Positions 38,824 through 48,865 of a stretch of 64,000 nucleotides of DNA are shown here, piece after piece (the first letter of the stretch is position 1; every line of letters begins with the position of its first letter). Source of the DNA: Candidatus Latescibacterota bacterium. Its GTDB lineage: Bacteria > Latescibacterota > UBA2968. Location of the stretch: contig JAYODI010000001.1 in the NCBI GenBank assembly GCA_038279365.1, positions 64,001 to 128,000 on the forward strand, in the 5' to 3' direction. A program made the position numbers and the translations under genes. The notes beneath the pieces were generated by a model that ran no database searches, was not told the origin of the DNA, and saw only the letters and a program-made list of their open reading frames with translations.

Positions 38824-38920
38824 ATAGTTGAGCAGTTCTGTTTCCTATGCATGTGATTCAAAAATATGACGAGGCAAGGATCAGAAGTTCAAATCCTTGC
38901 TTTTTTTGTATTTAAGATAC
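38824..38920 (+). ncRNA. Putative cis-regulatory csp leader RNA, copy 2
   Basis: Same leader; hairpin GCAAGGAT-loop-ATCCTTGC followed by T7 (38874-38907). Confidence 0.65.
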
Positions 38921-38955
38921 AATGCAATGTTCTCGTAGAAAGGTGGTGAAGTACA

Positions 38956-39156
38956 GTGGCAGAAGGAACCGTAAAGTGGTTTAATGACTCTAAGGGTTTT
39001 GGCTTTATCGAACAAGAAGACGGCGAAGACGTGTTTGTGCACTTTTCAGCTGTTCAAGGTGATGGCTTTAAGACCTTGTCCGAAGGTGATCGTGTCGAAT
39101 TTGAAATTCAACAAGGTCCCAAAGGATTGCAAGCAGCAAACGTTGTGAAGGTCTAA
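38956..39156 (+). CDS. Cold-shock protein (CspA family), tandem paralog
   Basis: 60/66 aa identical to the upstream csp. Confidence 0.97.
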   Translation: MAEGTVKWFNDSKGFGFIEQEDGEDVFVHFSAVQGDGFKTLSEGDRVEFEIQQGPKGLQAANVVKV

Positions 39157-39184
39157 GCGATTCTTCATTAAAATGAGCTGTGTG

Positions 39185-39217
39185 AAAGGATGCTACTTTA
39201 TGTAGCATCCTTTTTTT
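39185..39217 (+). terminator. Intrinsic terminator after csp pair
   Basis: AAAGGATGCTAC-loop-GTAGCATCC followed by T7. Confidence 0.85.
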
Positions 39218-39302
39218 ATTTGTATTTCGGCTACAACACGCGTTATCTTGGCAGACAATGGAAAGCATTGTTGTCATTGGTCAGAAGGAAAGGTATGCAG
39301 AT

Positions 39303-40193
39303 ATGATGTTAACGGATAAACAGGTGGCAGATTTTTGGGAAAATGGATTCATCATTGCGCGTGCTGCATTGACCTCGGCTGATTTACAACCGGTTATTGA
39401 TGAGTTAAGCGCATTTATTGATATGCGTGCTCAAAAGCTCAAAGCAGAAGGTAAAATTGAGCATTTGTATGAGGATGAACCTTTTGAAAAAAGGTATGGA
39501 TTGCTTTTTAAACAAAGCAAAGAAATTGGATTGGGCATTGATATTATGCAGTTGCGTGGCCGTGCCATGTTTGAATTTTTGCACAATGACAATTTGGTCG
39601 ATATTGCCGAATCTTTGGTTGGGCCTGAAGTCACGTGTAACCCAATTCAGCATGTGCGTGCCAAACCACCTGTAGCTTATGAAGCGCATGAAGGCCCGAG
39701 TTTTCACAATGTGCCTTGGCATCAAGATGCTGGGGTGATGATGCCCGAAGCCGATGGTTCGCGCGTCTTGACGTTTTGGTTGCCACTTGGAGATGCCACT
39801 GCGCAGATGGGGTGTATGCGTGTATTGCCTGGTGTGCCCCAATTACATGGTTATCTCAAACATCAAAAAGAGGGTGGCACCACCATTTGGCCCGAGTTGT
39901 TGCCCAATATAGAACCGGTGGTTGCTGCATGCCAAAAAGGTGATGTGGTAATTATGGACAAGTTTACACCGCATAGTTCAACACCCAATCGCACCGATTT
40001 ATGTCGATGGTCTTTGGATTTGCGGTATCAACCAACGGGGGAACACACGGGGCGAACAGCGCATCCTGAATTTGTGGTGCGAAGTGCGAATAACCCAAAC
40101 AGTGTGATGCGTGATTATGACGAATGGTGTCGGTTGTGGATAGATGCGTTTCAGAACCCGCGAGGTGTGTCGATGCATCGCAATGAGCGATAG
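39303..40193 (+). CDS. PhyH-family Fe(II)/2OG dioxygenase
   Basis: PWHQD (HxD), TPHSS (distal His), RWSLDLRY; start moved to MMLTDKQ. Confidence 0.9.
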   Translation: MMLTDKQVADFWENGFIIARAALTSADLQPVIDELSAFIDMRAQKLKAEGKIEHLYEDEPFEKRYGLLFKQSKEIGLGIDIMQLRGRAMFEFLHNDNLVDIAESLVGPEVTCNPIQHVRAKPPVAYEAHEGPSFHNVPWHQDAGVMMPEADGSRVLTFWLPLGDATAQMGCMRVLPGVPQLHGYLKHQKEGGTTIWPELLPNIEPVVAACQKGDVVIMDKFTPHSSTPNRTDLCRWSLDLRYQPTGEHTGRTAHPEFVVRSANNPNSVMRDYDEWCRLWIDAFQNPRGVSMHRNER

Positions 40194-40291
40194 GATGCTT
40201 TTTCATATATGGTTGGTGATGGGATGTAAGATGTTTTGGGATATATGGCTGGTGATCCGAATTGATTGATCATAAACATGGGAGGCAGGCT

Positions 40292-41308
40292 ATGGCGGGT
40301 TCTTATTTTGCGGGGTTGGATATTGGTGGTACAAGTGTAAAAGCCATTTTGGTGGATGCATCAGGAGGGCCAGTAGGCACATTGGTTGAGGTGCCCAGTC
40401 GTGTAAAGGATGGCTATTTGGCTACATTTGCACAATTGGAAGAGGCCTTGCGTTTGTTGGCCGATGGGGTAGGTATTGCGCCAAGTGAAATTGGGGGTGT
40501 GGGGTTGGATGTACCTGCTCCGAGCAGTGGTGGGGTGATTTGGGTACAGGCCAATTTGGGGAAGGATTGGGTGGGAACAAATATACGCGATGAATTTTCA
40601 CAACGCATCAAATTGCCTGTGTATATGACCAATGACGGCAATGCGGCCGCAGCGGGCGAGTATGCGGCGCGGCCCAATTATGAAGGTGGGTTGTTGCTGG
40701 TTGCTCCAGGTACGGGCTTGGGAGGAGGTTTGGTATTGCCTGGTGGAGGCATTTATGAAGGGGCAAATGGTTTGGCACTGGAAGTGGGGCATATGTCTGT
40801 GCCTTTTTATGAAGATGACGGCACCTTGCCCAATTGCTCGTGTGGTTTGGTGGGGTGTGCTGAAGCGTGGGTGTCTTTGGTTGCGTTGCGGAGGCGGTTG
40901 GGTATTGAACTGGCAAAACCACAGTGGGCAGACCACGCTTTAAATAAATCGGATGATGATATTGTTCAAAAGGCTTATCGGTTGCGTGATTTTGCAGCCC
41001 AGGGTGATCCATTTGCGGTAGGGCTTTTTAAAGATCAAGGATTTAAACTTGGATATGCCATTGCAGATATGGTGCGTTTGTTTGACCCAGGTTTGGTAAT
41101 TATTGGGGGCGGGTTGGCAGAAACGTCATTTCGAGACCAGTATATGGACTGGGTGCTAGAAGGTTTTGATGTGCGTGCATGGCCTATTTATCAGAAAAAC
41201 CCTTTGGATGAAACGGCTATTTCTACGCGCTTTGAATGGGCAAGCGGCGGAGATTCGGCGGCAGCTTTAGGCATGGCGTTTGTTGCACAGGCATTGTTTG
41301 GAAAATAG
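40292..41308 (+). CDS. ROK-family sugar kinase
   Basis: GLDIGGT, NDGNAAAAGE, GTGLGGGL, EVGHM, CSCGLVGCAE; no HTH; GGAGG SD. Confidence 0.9.
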   Translation: MAGSYFAGLDIGGTSVKAILVDASGGPVGTLVEVPSRVKDGYLATFAQLEEALRLLADGVGIAPSEIGGVGLDVPAPSSGGVIWVQANLGKDWVGTNIRDEFSQRIKLPVYMTNDGNAAAAGEYAARPNYEGGLLLVAPGTGLGGGLVLPGGGIYEGANGLALEVGHMSVPFYEDDGTLPNCSCGLVGCAEAWVSLVALRRRLGIELAKPQWADHALNKSDDDIVQKAYRLRDFAAQGDPFAVGLFKDQGFKLGYAIADMVRLFDPGLVIIGGGLAETSFRDQYMDWVLEGFDVRAWPIYQKNPLDETAISTRFEWASGGDSAAALGMAFVAQALFGK

Positions 41309-41363
41309 AATATGTAGGCAAGTAGATGGATGGGTGAATATGTTGATGACTTGAGGTGCTTTT

Positions 41364-43547
41364 ATGATTTCACGGTTTGTAATAGGTATGACGGGGTGCC
41401 TGTGTATTTTGTTTGGGATGCCTTTATTTAAGGGGGCTGTTATGGCGTATGATTTGGTGGCACACCCTCGGATATGGATAACGCAATCACATGTGGCAGA
41501 TTTGGCTAAACATGCAGATGGCGCATTGGGTGTTGAATACACATTGATTAAATCGACCGCAGATGAGGCTGTGCGTATGGGCGTGCAACCTCCTAAAAGC
41601 CGATATCATGCGCCTTTGGATCAATTGTGTTTGGGGATTGCGTATTTGGTTGAGCGCCAAAAAGGCCATCATGTAGATGCCTATGTACAAGCCATTAGAG
41701 ATTATTGGGGAGATGGTTCTGTGCTGGGGTTGGAAGGATCTGGGCATTTTGGATTTCAGGCCTTGGTTTATGACTGGATTTATGATGGGCTGAGTGACGA
41801 AGAGCGTATCCGTTTTGGTGATGCCTTGGGTGAATGGTTGCGGTGGTATACCGACACCCCCGAGATTACACTCAAGAATGGTTCTTGGTGGTATAACCAA
41901 ACATGGGCACCTGCGCATTTGAATACGCCCAATACACGAGATGGTATTACGCCGAAGCTGTTTGTGGCATTGGCCATCGCAAAATCGGGTAGCAAATACG
42001 AAGCTGATGCAAAACAGTTTTTGGATTCATGGGCTACGCGTGTGCCCAAAGAGTGTATTCCAGCTTTTGATCAGATGGGTGGGGTATGGTCAGAAAGTAT
42101 GGGACATGGAAATTATGGACCTGTTGCCGTAATTCCGTGGGCTTTTGAAGGGTGGCGCACGGCAACTGGGGAAGATTTTTTTGCATTGTGTGGTCCTACA
42201 AGCTATTTGACCGAAATGATGGAATGGGCCATCCATTTAAAAATGCCGTGGTGTGATTTGACGGCTTGGATTGATGACAACAGTGGTGTGGATTTGAGTG
42301 GGGTAGCGCGTGTATCTCCGATTTTGGCGGCCCGTTATCACGATCCTGTGGGCAACTGGGTGAGCGATGTGGCACCATCAGACCAATATCGCAGGCCCAA
42401 TTGGTATCGTTTCTTGTTTTATAACCCCACCATAAAATCACAATCTCCTGCTCAAATGAAATACACCTTGTCGCGTCATTTTAAGGGTGCTGGGCATGTG
42501 CATATGCGCAGTGATTGGGAGGACCCCAATGCAACCTGGGCGTTTTTTGGTGTGGGGCCTCGGTTTGGTGCGCATGCCAGAGATGATGAAGGTCATTTTC
42601 TCATTGCCAAAAAAGGTTTGTTGGTTGGTCGTGCCGGTGGCATGGGGCATAATGACAATGATTATTATGCGGGGGGAAGTTTGGCGTTTAATGTGGTGAC
42701 CATTTATGATCACACAGAAGAATTTAGACGTCTTTCACCTGGCCCGCGCGGTATGGCTGCTGGGGGCACAAAAAATGAGAATGATGGGGGCATGATCCGA
42801 TGGGTTTATAATGGGCACCATTATGTGGATCGCGGCAAAATTGTGACGTATCATGATGACGCACAAATTACATATACGGCCGCCGATTTGACGGAGGCAT
42901 ATCGTGCCCATAAGGTGCGTGAGGTGACTCGGCAATTTGCTTATATCAAGGGCAAGCGTGAGTTTTTTGTCATTTTTGATCGGGTGGGGGCAACAGACAA
43001 AGATTTTCCAAAGACGTGGTTTTTGCATATCCCTTCGGAGCCGATGGTTGATGGGCAGGAGACGATATTGGTGGATGGGCATGTTGCAAAATATGAGGGA
43101 CAGACGGCCACGTGGGTGAGTAGCCCTGTTGGCGTTGATCGGGTGTTGAGCAATGGGCGTTCTCGGGCATTTTTAAAAACGCTATTGCCCAAAGGGGCGA
43201 CCGTGACCAAGCGGGGTGGAGATGGGCATGATTTTTGGGGCCATCCATTGGAAAAGACCGCGCAATATAATCATAAAGGGGAGCGAGGGGATCGACCGCC
43301 TGTTGTCCCTTGGCGACTTGAGGTGGCCTCATCGGGTGAGGCTGAACGCGAATACTTTTTGCATGTACTGGAAGTTGGAGACGAATTAGACAGCAAAATG
43401 ACCCCAACCGCGTTGCAATATGAATCTGGGCGGGTTGGTGTTGTGGTGGGAGAAGGGGCTGATGCGGTGACGGTGTGGTTTGCTTTAGAGGGTAAACTTT
43501 CGGGGTGGTTGCAGGTGGGCAAGGGTGAAAAAACGATCTTGGAATAA
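41364..43547 (+). CDS. Heparinase II/III-like polysaccharide lyase-fold protein
   Basis: HPRIW, YDWIYD, MRSDW...ATWAFFG...HARDDEGHFLI, VTRQFAYI...FVIFDRV. Confidence 0.7.
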   Translation: MISRFVIGMTGCLCILFGMPLFKGAVMAYDLVAHPRIWITQSHVADLAKHADGALGVEYTLIKSTADEAVRMGVQPPKSRYHAPLDQLCLGIAYLVERQKGHHVDAYVQAIRDYWGDGSVLGLEGSGHFGFQALVYDWIYDGLSDEERIRFGDALGEWLRWYTDTPEITLKNGSWWYNQTWAPAHLNTPNTRDGITPKLFVALAIAKSGSKYEADAKQFLDSWATRVPKECIPAFDQMGGVWSESMGHGNYGPVAVIPWAFEGWRTATGEDFFALCGPTSYLTEMMEWAIHLKMPWCDLTAWIDDNSGVDLSGVARVSPILAARYHDPVGNWVSDVAPSDQYRRPNWYRFLFYNPTIKSQSPAQMKYTLSRHFKGAGHVHMRSDWEDPNATWAFFGVGPRFGAHARDDEGHFLIAKKGLLVGRAGGMGHNDNDYYAGGSLAFNVVTIYDHTEEFRRLSPGPRGMAAGGTKNENDGGMIRWVYNGHHYVDRGKIVTYHDDAQITYTAADLTEAYRAHKVREVTRQFAYIKGKREFFVIFDRVGATDKDFPKTWFLHIPSEPMVDGQETILVDGHVAKYEGQTATWVSSPVGVDRVLSNGRSRAFLKTLLPKGATVTKRGGDGHDFWGHPLEKTAQYNHKGERGDRPPVVPWRLEVASSGEAEREYFLHVLEVGDELDSKMTPTALQYESGRVGVVVGEGADAVTVWFALEGKLSGWLQVGKGEKTILE

Positions 43548-43573
43548 CCGCCAATTTGACAGGGGAGTGTGTT

Positions 43574-44305
43574 ATGAAAACGGGTGAAGTGCGTTTGTGG
43601 AAATTGACACGCCGGTATGTGCGTGAGGCGATGTTGCGAGGGGAAATTAAAGGTGCCATTTTACCAACGGGAAGCACCGAGCAACACAATGAGCATTTGG
43701 AGATGGAACACGACACGGTCAGTGCATTGCACATGTCTTATCAGGCAGCATTGGAATTGTACCCTCAGGTGGTTGTGGCGCCGCCTTTGTCTGTTGGGAT
43801 TTCTGAACATTGGATGGAGTTTCCCGGAACGTTGAGTTTGCGCCCTGAAACTTTTGTGTCTGTGGCCTATGATATTTGCGACAGTTTACGCAGGCATGGT
43901 ATTGAGCACATTTTGATCGTGAATGGTCATGCGGGTAACCGCCCTTTGGGTGAGCATATGGCAGATTTCCAAAAACGCTTGGGTATTGATGTGCAGTTTT
44001 GTTCTTATTGGGAAGCTTATTCCAAAGAATTTGTGGCAGAGACATTAGATTCGGGGGATTGCCCAGCTCATGCGGCAGAATTTGAAACGTCTATTGCAAT
44101 GGCAGCATTTCCCGAGAATATTCATTGGGAAGGGGTTGATTATGAAGGCGCAAACCTAAAGATTCAACGTGAAGGGTATGCCGAGCGTGATCCTATTTAT
44201 TTTAGAGACGGACGTGATTTAGCCACACCCAAAAAAGGACGAGTGATGGCCGATGTGGCCATTTCGTGGGTATCGGAAAAAATGCAAAAAATGATGAATG
44301 GTTAA
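43574..44305 (+). CDS. Creatininase-family amidohydrolase
   Basis: LPTGSTEQH...D, SEHWMEFPGT, NGHAGN, HAAEFETS. Confidence 0.9.
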   Translation: MKTGEVRLWKLTRRYVREAMLRGEIKGAILPTGSTEQHNEHLEMEHDTVSALHMSYQAALELYPQVVVAPPLSVGISEHWMEFPGTLSLRPETFVSVAYDICDSLRRHGIEHILIVNGHAGNRPLGEHMADFQKRLGIDVQFCSYWEAYSKEFVAETLDSGDCPAHAAEFETSIAMAAFPENIHWEGVDYEGANLKIQREGYAERDPIYFRDGRDLATPKKGRVMADVAISWVSEKMQKMMNG

Positions 44306-44325
44306 GCGTAAAAAAGGACAATAAT

Positions 44326-45906
44326 ATGCTTGTGGGTTATGTGAGTGATGAGCGCTATATCGCGTTGATTGATGTGTTGTTTGAGTTTGAAGGTGATGGT
44401 GTGGTTGTTGCTGCACGATCGAGTGCTTCGGGTGCTGTATATGCAGATATTATGCCCGGTAGATATCGTGTTACTTTGGCCAAGGACGGTTTTGGCGCTA
44501 AGATTGTGACTGTGGATGTTCGGGAAGATTCGGTTCATCAGTTCCGATTGTTATCGGATTGTTTGTTGGGATATATGTGGCCCAAGTGTGTCATGGCGGG
44601 TGAATCATCTGAGTTTCGGGTACATTCACCGGAAGCCTATAAGTTGGAACTGTGGCGTTATGGGTGGGAAAAAGAATTTATAAAGACCATTGGTTGGTAT
44701 GATGAGCATGGGCCACGGGCCACTGTGCAATTAAGCCCTGATGGCGATTATTGTCAAACGGGTGTCCAATGGAATACATTTGGATACACCAGTCCACATC
44801 ACAAACAATATGTAAAAGCACCTGAACGCTCGGGGCTTTATTATTTGCATGCCAGGGGAGAGTCTGGGGCATTTTTTTCTTTTCCGTGGGTGGTGGCTCC
44901 TGCAAAACCACAGGCCGATATTGCTGTGTTGGCATCGGATATTTCGTGGACGGCATATAACAATTTTGGTGGGCGCAGCAATTATATTCATCCCAATCAA
45001 TTGCCTCCAACACCGACGAGCAACGCGCGTTTGCAACTGCATAGATACACCAACCCAGAACATGTGAATTATGATTCAGATACGTATTTGCCCTTGTCAT
45101 TTGATCGCCCTGAGTGGGTTAATTTTGTGGACAAAGATGTACAAGTGACCGACCCAATAGAAGGGCGGGCAGGATGTCATTTGGCACCTGCCGAGTGGCG
45201 GTTGTTGGGGTGGTTGGAACGGGAAGGGTTTGCCTATGATTATTATTCGGAAACACAGTTCCATTTTGAAAAAATGGATTTGGATGCGTATCGCATTTTG
45301 ATTATTAGCACACATCCTGAATATTGGTCGCGAAGGATGTATGATCGACTTAAGGCGTGGGTGTTTGATAGGGGAGGGAAGTTGCTTTATTTGGGAGGTA
45401 ACGGTCTGAATTGCGAAGTGGAATTTTTAGATGAATCAACAATGGTGGTGCAAAATGACAATGGTTATAAGGTGCGTGAAATGGGCACAGACAGTCGTTT
45501 GGCATATCGGTATGAATCGGAAGCCAATTTGTTGGGTGTGCAATATACAACCGCAGGTATTATGACTGCTGCGCCCTATAAGGTGATAGATGCCGACCAT
45601 TGGGTTTTTGAGGGCACGGGTGTCAAGAACGGCGATTTGTTTGGTGAAAAGAGTTTACACCAGCGTATTCCAGGTGGGGCATCAGGGCATGAAACGGATA
45701 AGATCATGCCCGATTCACCGCCCAATACACACTTGCTTGCCCGAGGAGAAAACCCAGACAACGGGGGGGCTGACATGGTGGTGTTTGACACCCACAGTGG
45801 TGGGGCGGTGTTTTCTGTAGGATCGATTACTTATGTGAGTTCTATTTTGGTGGATGATGTGGTGTCACAACTTACGGCCAATGTGTTGCGCAAATTTTTG
45901 ACATAA
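44326..45906 (+). CDS. N,N-dimethylformamidase beta-subunit-like protein
   Basis: SGLYYLH, WTAYNNFGG, LSFDRP, WLEREG, HPEYWS, GASGHETD, GAVFSVGSI; AAGGA SD. Confidence 0.8.
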   Translation: MLVGYVSDERYIALIDVLFEFEGDGVVVAARSSASGAVYADIMPGRYRVTLAKDGFGAKIVTVDVREDSVHQFRLLSDCLLGYMWPKCVMAGESSEFRVHSPEAYKLELWRYGWEKEFIKTIGWYDEHGPRATVQLSPDGDYCQTGVQWNTFGYTSPHHKQYVKAPERSGLYYLHARGESGAFFSFPWVVAPAKPQADIAVLASDISWTAYNNFGGRSNYIHPNQLPPTPTSNARLQLHRYTNPEHVNYDSDTYLPLSFDRPEWVNFVDKDVQVTDPIEGRAGCHLAPAEWRLLGWLEREGFAYDYYSETQFHFEKMDLDAYRILIISTHPEYWSRRMYDRLKAWVFDRGGKLLYLGGNGLNCEVEFLDESTMVVQNDNGYKVREMGTDSRLAYRYESEANLLGVQYTTAGIMTAAPYKVIDADHWVFEGTGVKNGDLFGEKSLHQRIPGGASGHETDKIMPDSPPNTHLLARGENPDNGGADMVVFDTHSGGAVFSVGSITYVSSILVDDVVSQLTANVLRKFLT

Positions 45907-45916
45907 CGGTTCTTGA

Positions 45917-46684
45917 TTATCCTCGGCCAATGTATGGCATTTTGGTGGCCGTAATGGTGAGAAATGGCACGTTGGCATCCAGTGGAAGGCTGGCCATATA
46001 GAGAACGGCTTGGGCCACATTGTCGGCATGCATGCGGGGTTCTATAATGGTGTCGCCATTGGGTTGTAGGGCACCTTTACCAAGGCCATCAGACATTGTG
46101 GTAATGGCATTGCCGATATCAATTTGACCGCAGGCAATGTTGTATTTTCGTCCATCGAGAGAAGCCGATTTGGTTAGGCCAGTAATGGCGTGTTTCGTGG
46201 CGGTATACGGTGCAGAGTTGGGGCGTGGTACATGGGCAGAAACAGAACCATTGTTGATAATGCGCCCGCCTTGAGGGTTTTGTTTTTTCATGATTTTGAA
46301 TGCTTCTTGCGTACACAAAAAAGTGCCTGTGAGATTGGTATTTATAACGGCCTGCCATTTGTCGAGTGGCAAATCTTCGAGTAAAACACCGGGTGCGCCA
46401 AATCCTGCATTGTTAAAAAGCACATCAAGACGGCCATAGGTTTTTTCTGTTTGGGCAAATAAGTTTTGAACAGCCTTTTGGTCACTTATGTCGGTTGGGA
46501 CAATCATTGTTTTTGATTTGTCTACGCCTGCTTCTGCAACCGTTTCCCAAAGAGGTTCTTCACGACGCCCTGCCAAAACGACGCTGTAGCCCGCATTTAA
46601 AAAGGCAAGTGTTGTGTGTTTGCCTATGCCCGTTCCTGCTCCTGTGATGATGGCAATTTTGCTTGATGTGCTCATATGGGGCAT
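45917..46684 (-). CDS. Short-chain dehydrogenase/reductase
   Basis: [19 protein letters not shown] (YxxxK). Confidence 0.93.
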   Translation of the reverse strand: MPHMSTSSKIAIITGAGTGIGKHTTLAFLNAGYSVVLAGRREEPLWETVAEAGVDKSKTMIVPTDISDQKAVQNLFAQTEKTYGRLDVLFNNAGFGAPGVLLEDLPLDKWQAVINTNLTGTFLCTQEAFKIMKKQNPQGGRIINNGSVSAHVPRPNSAPYTATKHAITGLTKSASLDGRKYNIACGQIDIGNAITTMSDGLGKGALQPNGDTIIEPRMHADNVAQAVLYMASLPLDANVPFLTITATKMPYIGRG

Positions 46685-46689
46685 GTCCT

Positions 46690-47481
46690 TTATTGTTTTT
46701 TTGAGTCAAAAAGAGATGGGAAGTGTAAGTAGGGTTCACCGGGTGGTAAAAAGAGTGTTTTTTGACGCGGTGTAAGTTCTGTGTTTGTGGGTTCTTCAAC
46801 GCGGTCAGATTTCCAGGCCGTATGAGAAACACAATATTTATAAAGCAATGAACGTCTGTGATGTGTGCCAGTCCATGCGGCAGTGCCATGGGTGAGGGCT
46901 TCGGAGAACAAAACGACAGAGCCTGCTGGCGCGTGTGGCATGATGACCTTGGACGATTTTTCGGGTGCTTCAAAAATTTCGTTGGGTAATCTGTAATTGC
47001 TTTTGTGACTTCCAGGAATACAACAAAAACCGCCATAATCTGGGCCTGTGTCTGAAAGACACCACGTGACGACAGTAAAGCCCTGTGTGATTTCGTGCTG
47101 AGGAAAATGAAAATATTCTCCTGGTATCGAATGAGAAATGCGAGACATAGCCCCATAGTCTGCGTGTAAACGGCCTCGCCTCATGCCATTTTCCATTTGA
47201 ATGCCATAGATGCGGTCGAGACGGAAACAGTCGCCCAAACGGAATTGTAAGATGGCCATGACTGTGGGGTGATCGAGCAAATCGCAAAAGGGTTTTCCCC
47301 ATTGTAAAAAACCAGAACCATTGGGGGCACTGCCAAATCTGCTTTGTTCTTTGGGCGGTGGCAATTCTTGCTGGTCGATCAGGGTGTTGAGTGTTTTAAG
47401 CTCTTGTTGATTGAGAACATTTTCAACGACCAAATACCCTTGCAGATCAAACAGATACTTCTGCATTTCAAGATTATCCAT
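46690..47481 (-). CDS. PhyH-family Fe(II)/2OG dioxygenase
   Basis: [41 protein letters not shown]; start moved to MDNLEM. Confidence 0.87.
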   Translation of the reverse strand: MDNLEMQKYLFDLQGYLVVENVLNQQELKTLNTLIDQQELPPPKEQSRFGSAPNGSGFLQWGKPFCDLLDHPTVMAILQFRLGDCFRLDRIYGIQMENGMRRGRLHADYGAMSRISHSIPGEYFHFPQHEITQGFTVVTWCLSDTGPDYGGFCCIPGSHKSNYRLPNEIFEAPEKSSKVIMPHAPAGSVVLFSEALTHGTAAWTGTHHRRSLLYKYCVSHTAWKSDRVEEPTNTELTPRQKTLFLPPGEPYLHFPSLFDSKKQ

Positions 47482-47603
47482 AGCAGAATCCTTTGGGTGG
47501 TGTGTGGTTTTGTGCTGTGCAGTTGTTGCATTGTAAGGAATTTTTAGGAAAGATGCCAGTTTTGCAAATTGAGGCCTGTGTTGATTTTCGGGAAGGATGT
47601 GCA

Positions 47604-48791
47604 ATGATGTTGCGAAAGCTTTTATGGGGTTTGTGTTTGGGGTGCCTGTCTTTCTTGTCATTACAAGATGTGGGTGGAGAGGAACCCCTCTTTATATATA
47701 AGTCGGGGACGTCATACGGATTTATCAACGCGATGGGTCATGTGGTGATTGATGCTCAGTATGTGGGTGTGAAAGAATTTCAGGAAGGTTTGGCGGCGGT
47801 GAATGTGAACGATGATATGTCTTTGGGGCAATGGGGATATATTGATCCACTGGGCAATATGGTTATTGAACCTCAATATTGGTTGGCCAGTTCGTTTTCG
47901 GAAGGTTTGGCGGCCGTATTGCCCACGGGAGGCGTCAATTGGTCGTATATTGATGCGACAGGCAAGGTGTTGATCAGTCGGTTAACAGAGAAGAAGCCTT
48001 TTATTTATGGCGCACAACCGTTTAAAAATGGTGTGGCATGTGTGGAAGCAGCAAAAGACAGAACCGCGTTTAAGCGCACAGAAGGTTTTCAATCGAAAAA
48101 GCGTACGGGCCAAAAAGGTATGTGGGGGTTTGTGGATGCACTTGGGCGTGTGATTGCGCTCGATTTTGATCATGCAATGTCATTTGTGGATGGTCTTGCG
48201 GTGGTTGAAAAAGATGGCAAAATAGGGTATGTAACGCCCGATGGTGTTTTTGCTATTGTGCCCCAGTTTGAAAAGGCGAGTAGTTTTTCGGAAGGCTTGG
48301 CGTGTGTGCAGATCAAAAATAAATATGGGTATATTAACACCTCTGGCAAATTTGTTATTGAACCTATTTATGATTTGGGAGGTAGTTTTTCTGAAGGTTT
48401 TGCACGTGTGAAGACAAAGGGGAAATATGGCTTTGTTGATGCAACGGGCAACATGGTGATTGCCCCTGTTTATGATCGGGCGTTGGGGTTTTCTGAGGGT
48501 TTTGCGGTGGTGGTTCAAAATGGTAAATATGGACACTTAGATCGTAGTGGAAAAATGCTTGCTGATCAGGTGTTTGATTTTGCACAAGATTTTTCTGAAG
48601 GGTTGGCGGCTGTGAAAGTAGGGGATAAATGGGGATATGTTGATGAAATGGGAAATATGGTGATTGAACCACAGTTTGATCTGATAGCGTCTTTCCATGA
48701 AGGTTTGGCGCGTGTGGGGTGGGGGCGGTCTTGGGCCGACGCAAAGTGGGGATATGTGGATCGAATGGGAAAACTTGTTTATCGGGAATAG
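47604..48791 (+). CDS. WG-repeat (KWG Leptospira-type) exported protein
   Basis: Signal-like N-terminus; many F[SQH]EGLA.V....K[YW]GY[IV]D..G..VI repeats. Confidence 0.9.
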   Translation: MMLRKLLWGLCLGCLSFLSLQDVGGEEPLFIYKSGTSYGFINAMGHVVIDAQYVGVKEFQEGLAAVNVNDDMSLGQWGYIDPLGNMVIEPQYWLASSFSEGLAAVLPTGGVNWSYIDATGKVLISRLTEKKPFIYGAQPFKNGVACVEAAKDRTAFKRTEGFQSKKRTGQKGMWGFVDALGRVIALDFDHAMSFVDGLAVVEKDGKIGYVTPDGVFAIVPQFEKASSFSEGLACVQIKNKYGYINTSGKFVIEPIYDLGGSFSEGFARVKTKGKYGFVDATGNMVIAPVYDRALGFSEGFAVVVQNGKYGHLDRSGKMLADQVFDFAQDFSEGLAAVKVGDKWGYVDEMGNMVIEPQFDLIASFHEGLARVGWGRSWADAKWGYVDRMGKLVYRE

Positions 48792-48865
48792 ATGCTTTTT
48801 TTAAAAAAGAGACCATTGCAATTGGGCAGTGATTGTTGTGGGGCAATACAAATAAGAGGGCAGAT

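Noticed and set aside
38399-39156. CRISPR array or mobile-element repeats
   Set aside because: The ~397-bp repeat is a two-copy gene duplication; no repeat-spacer periodicity and no cas genes
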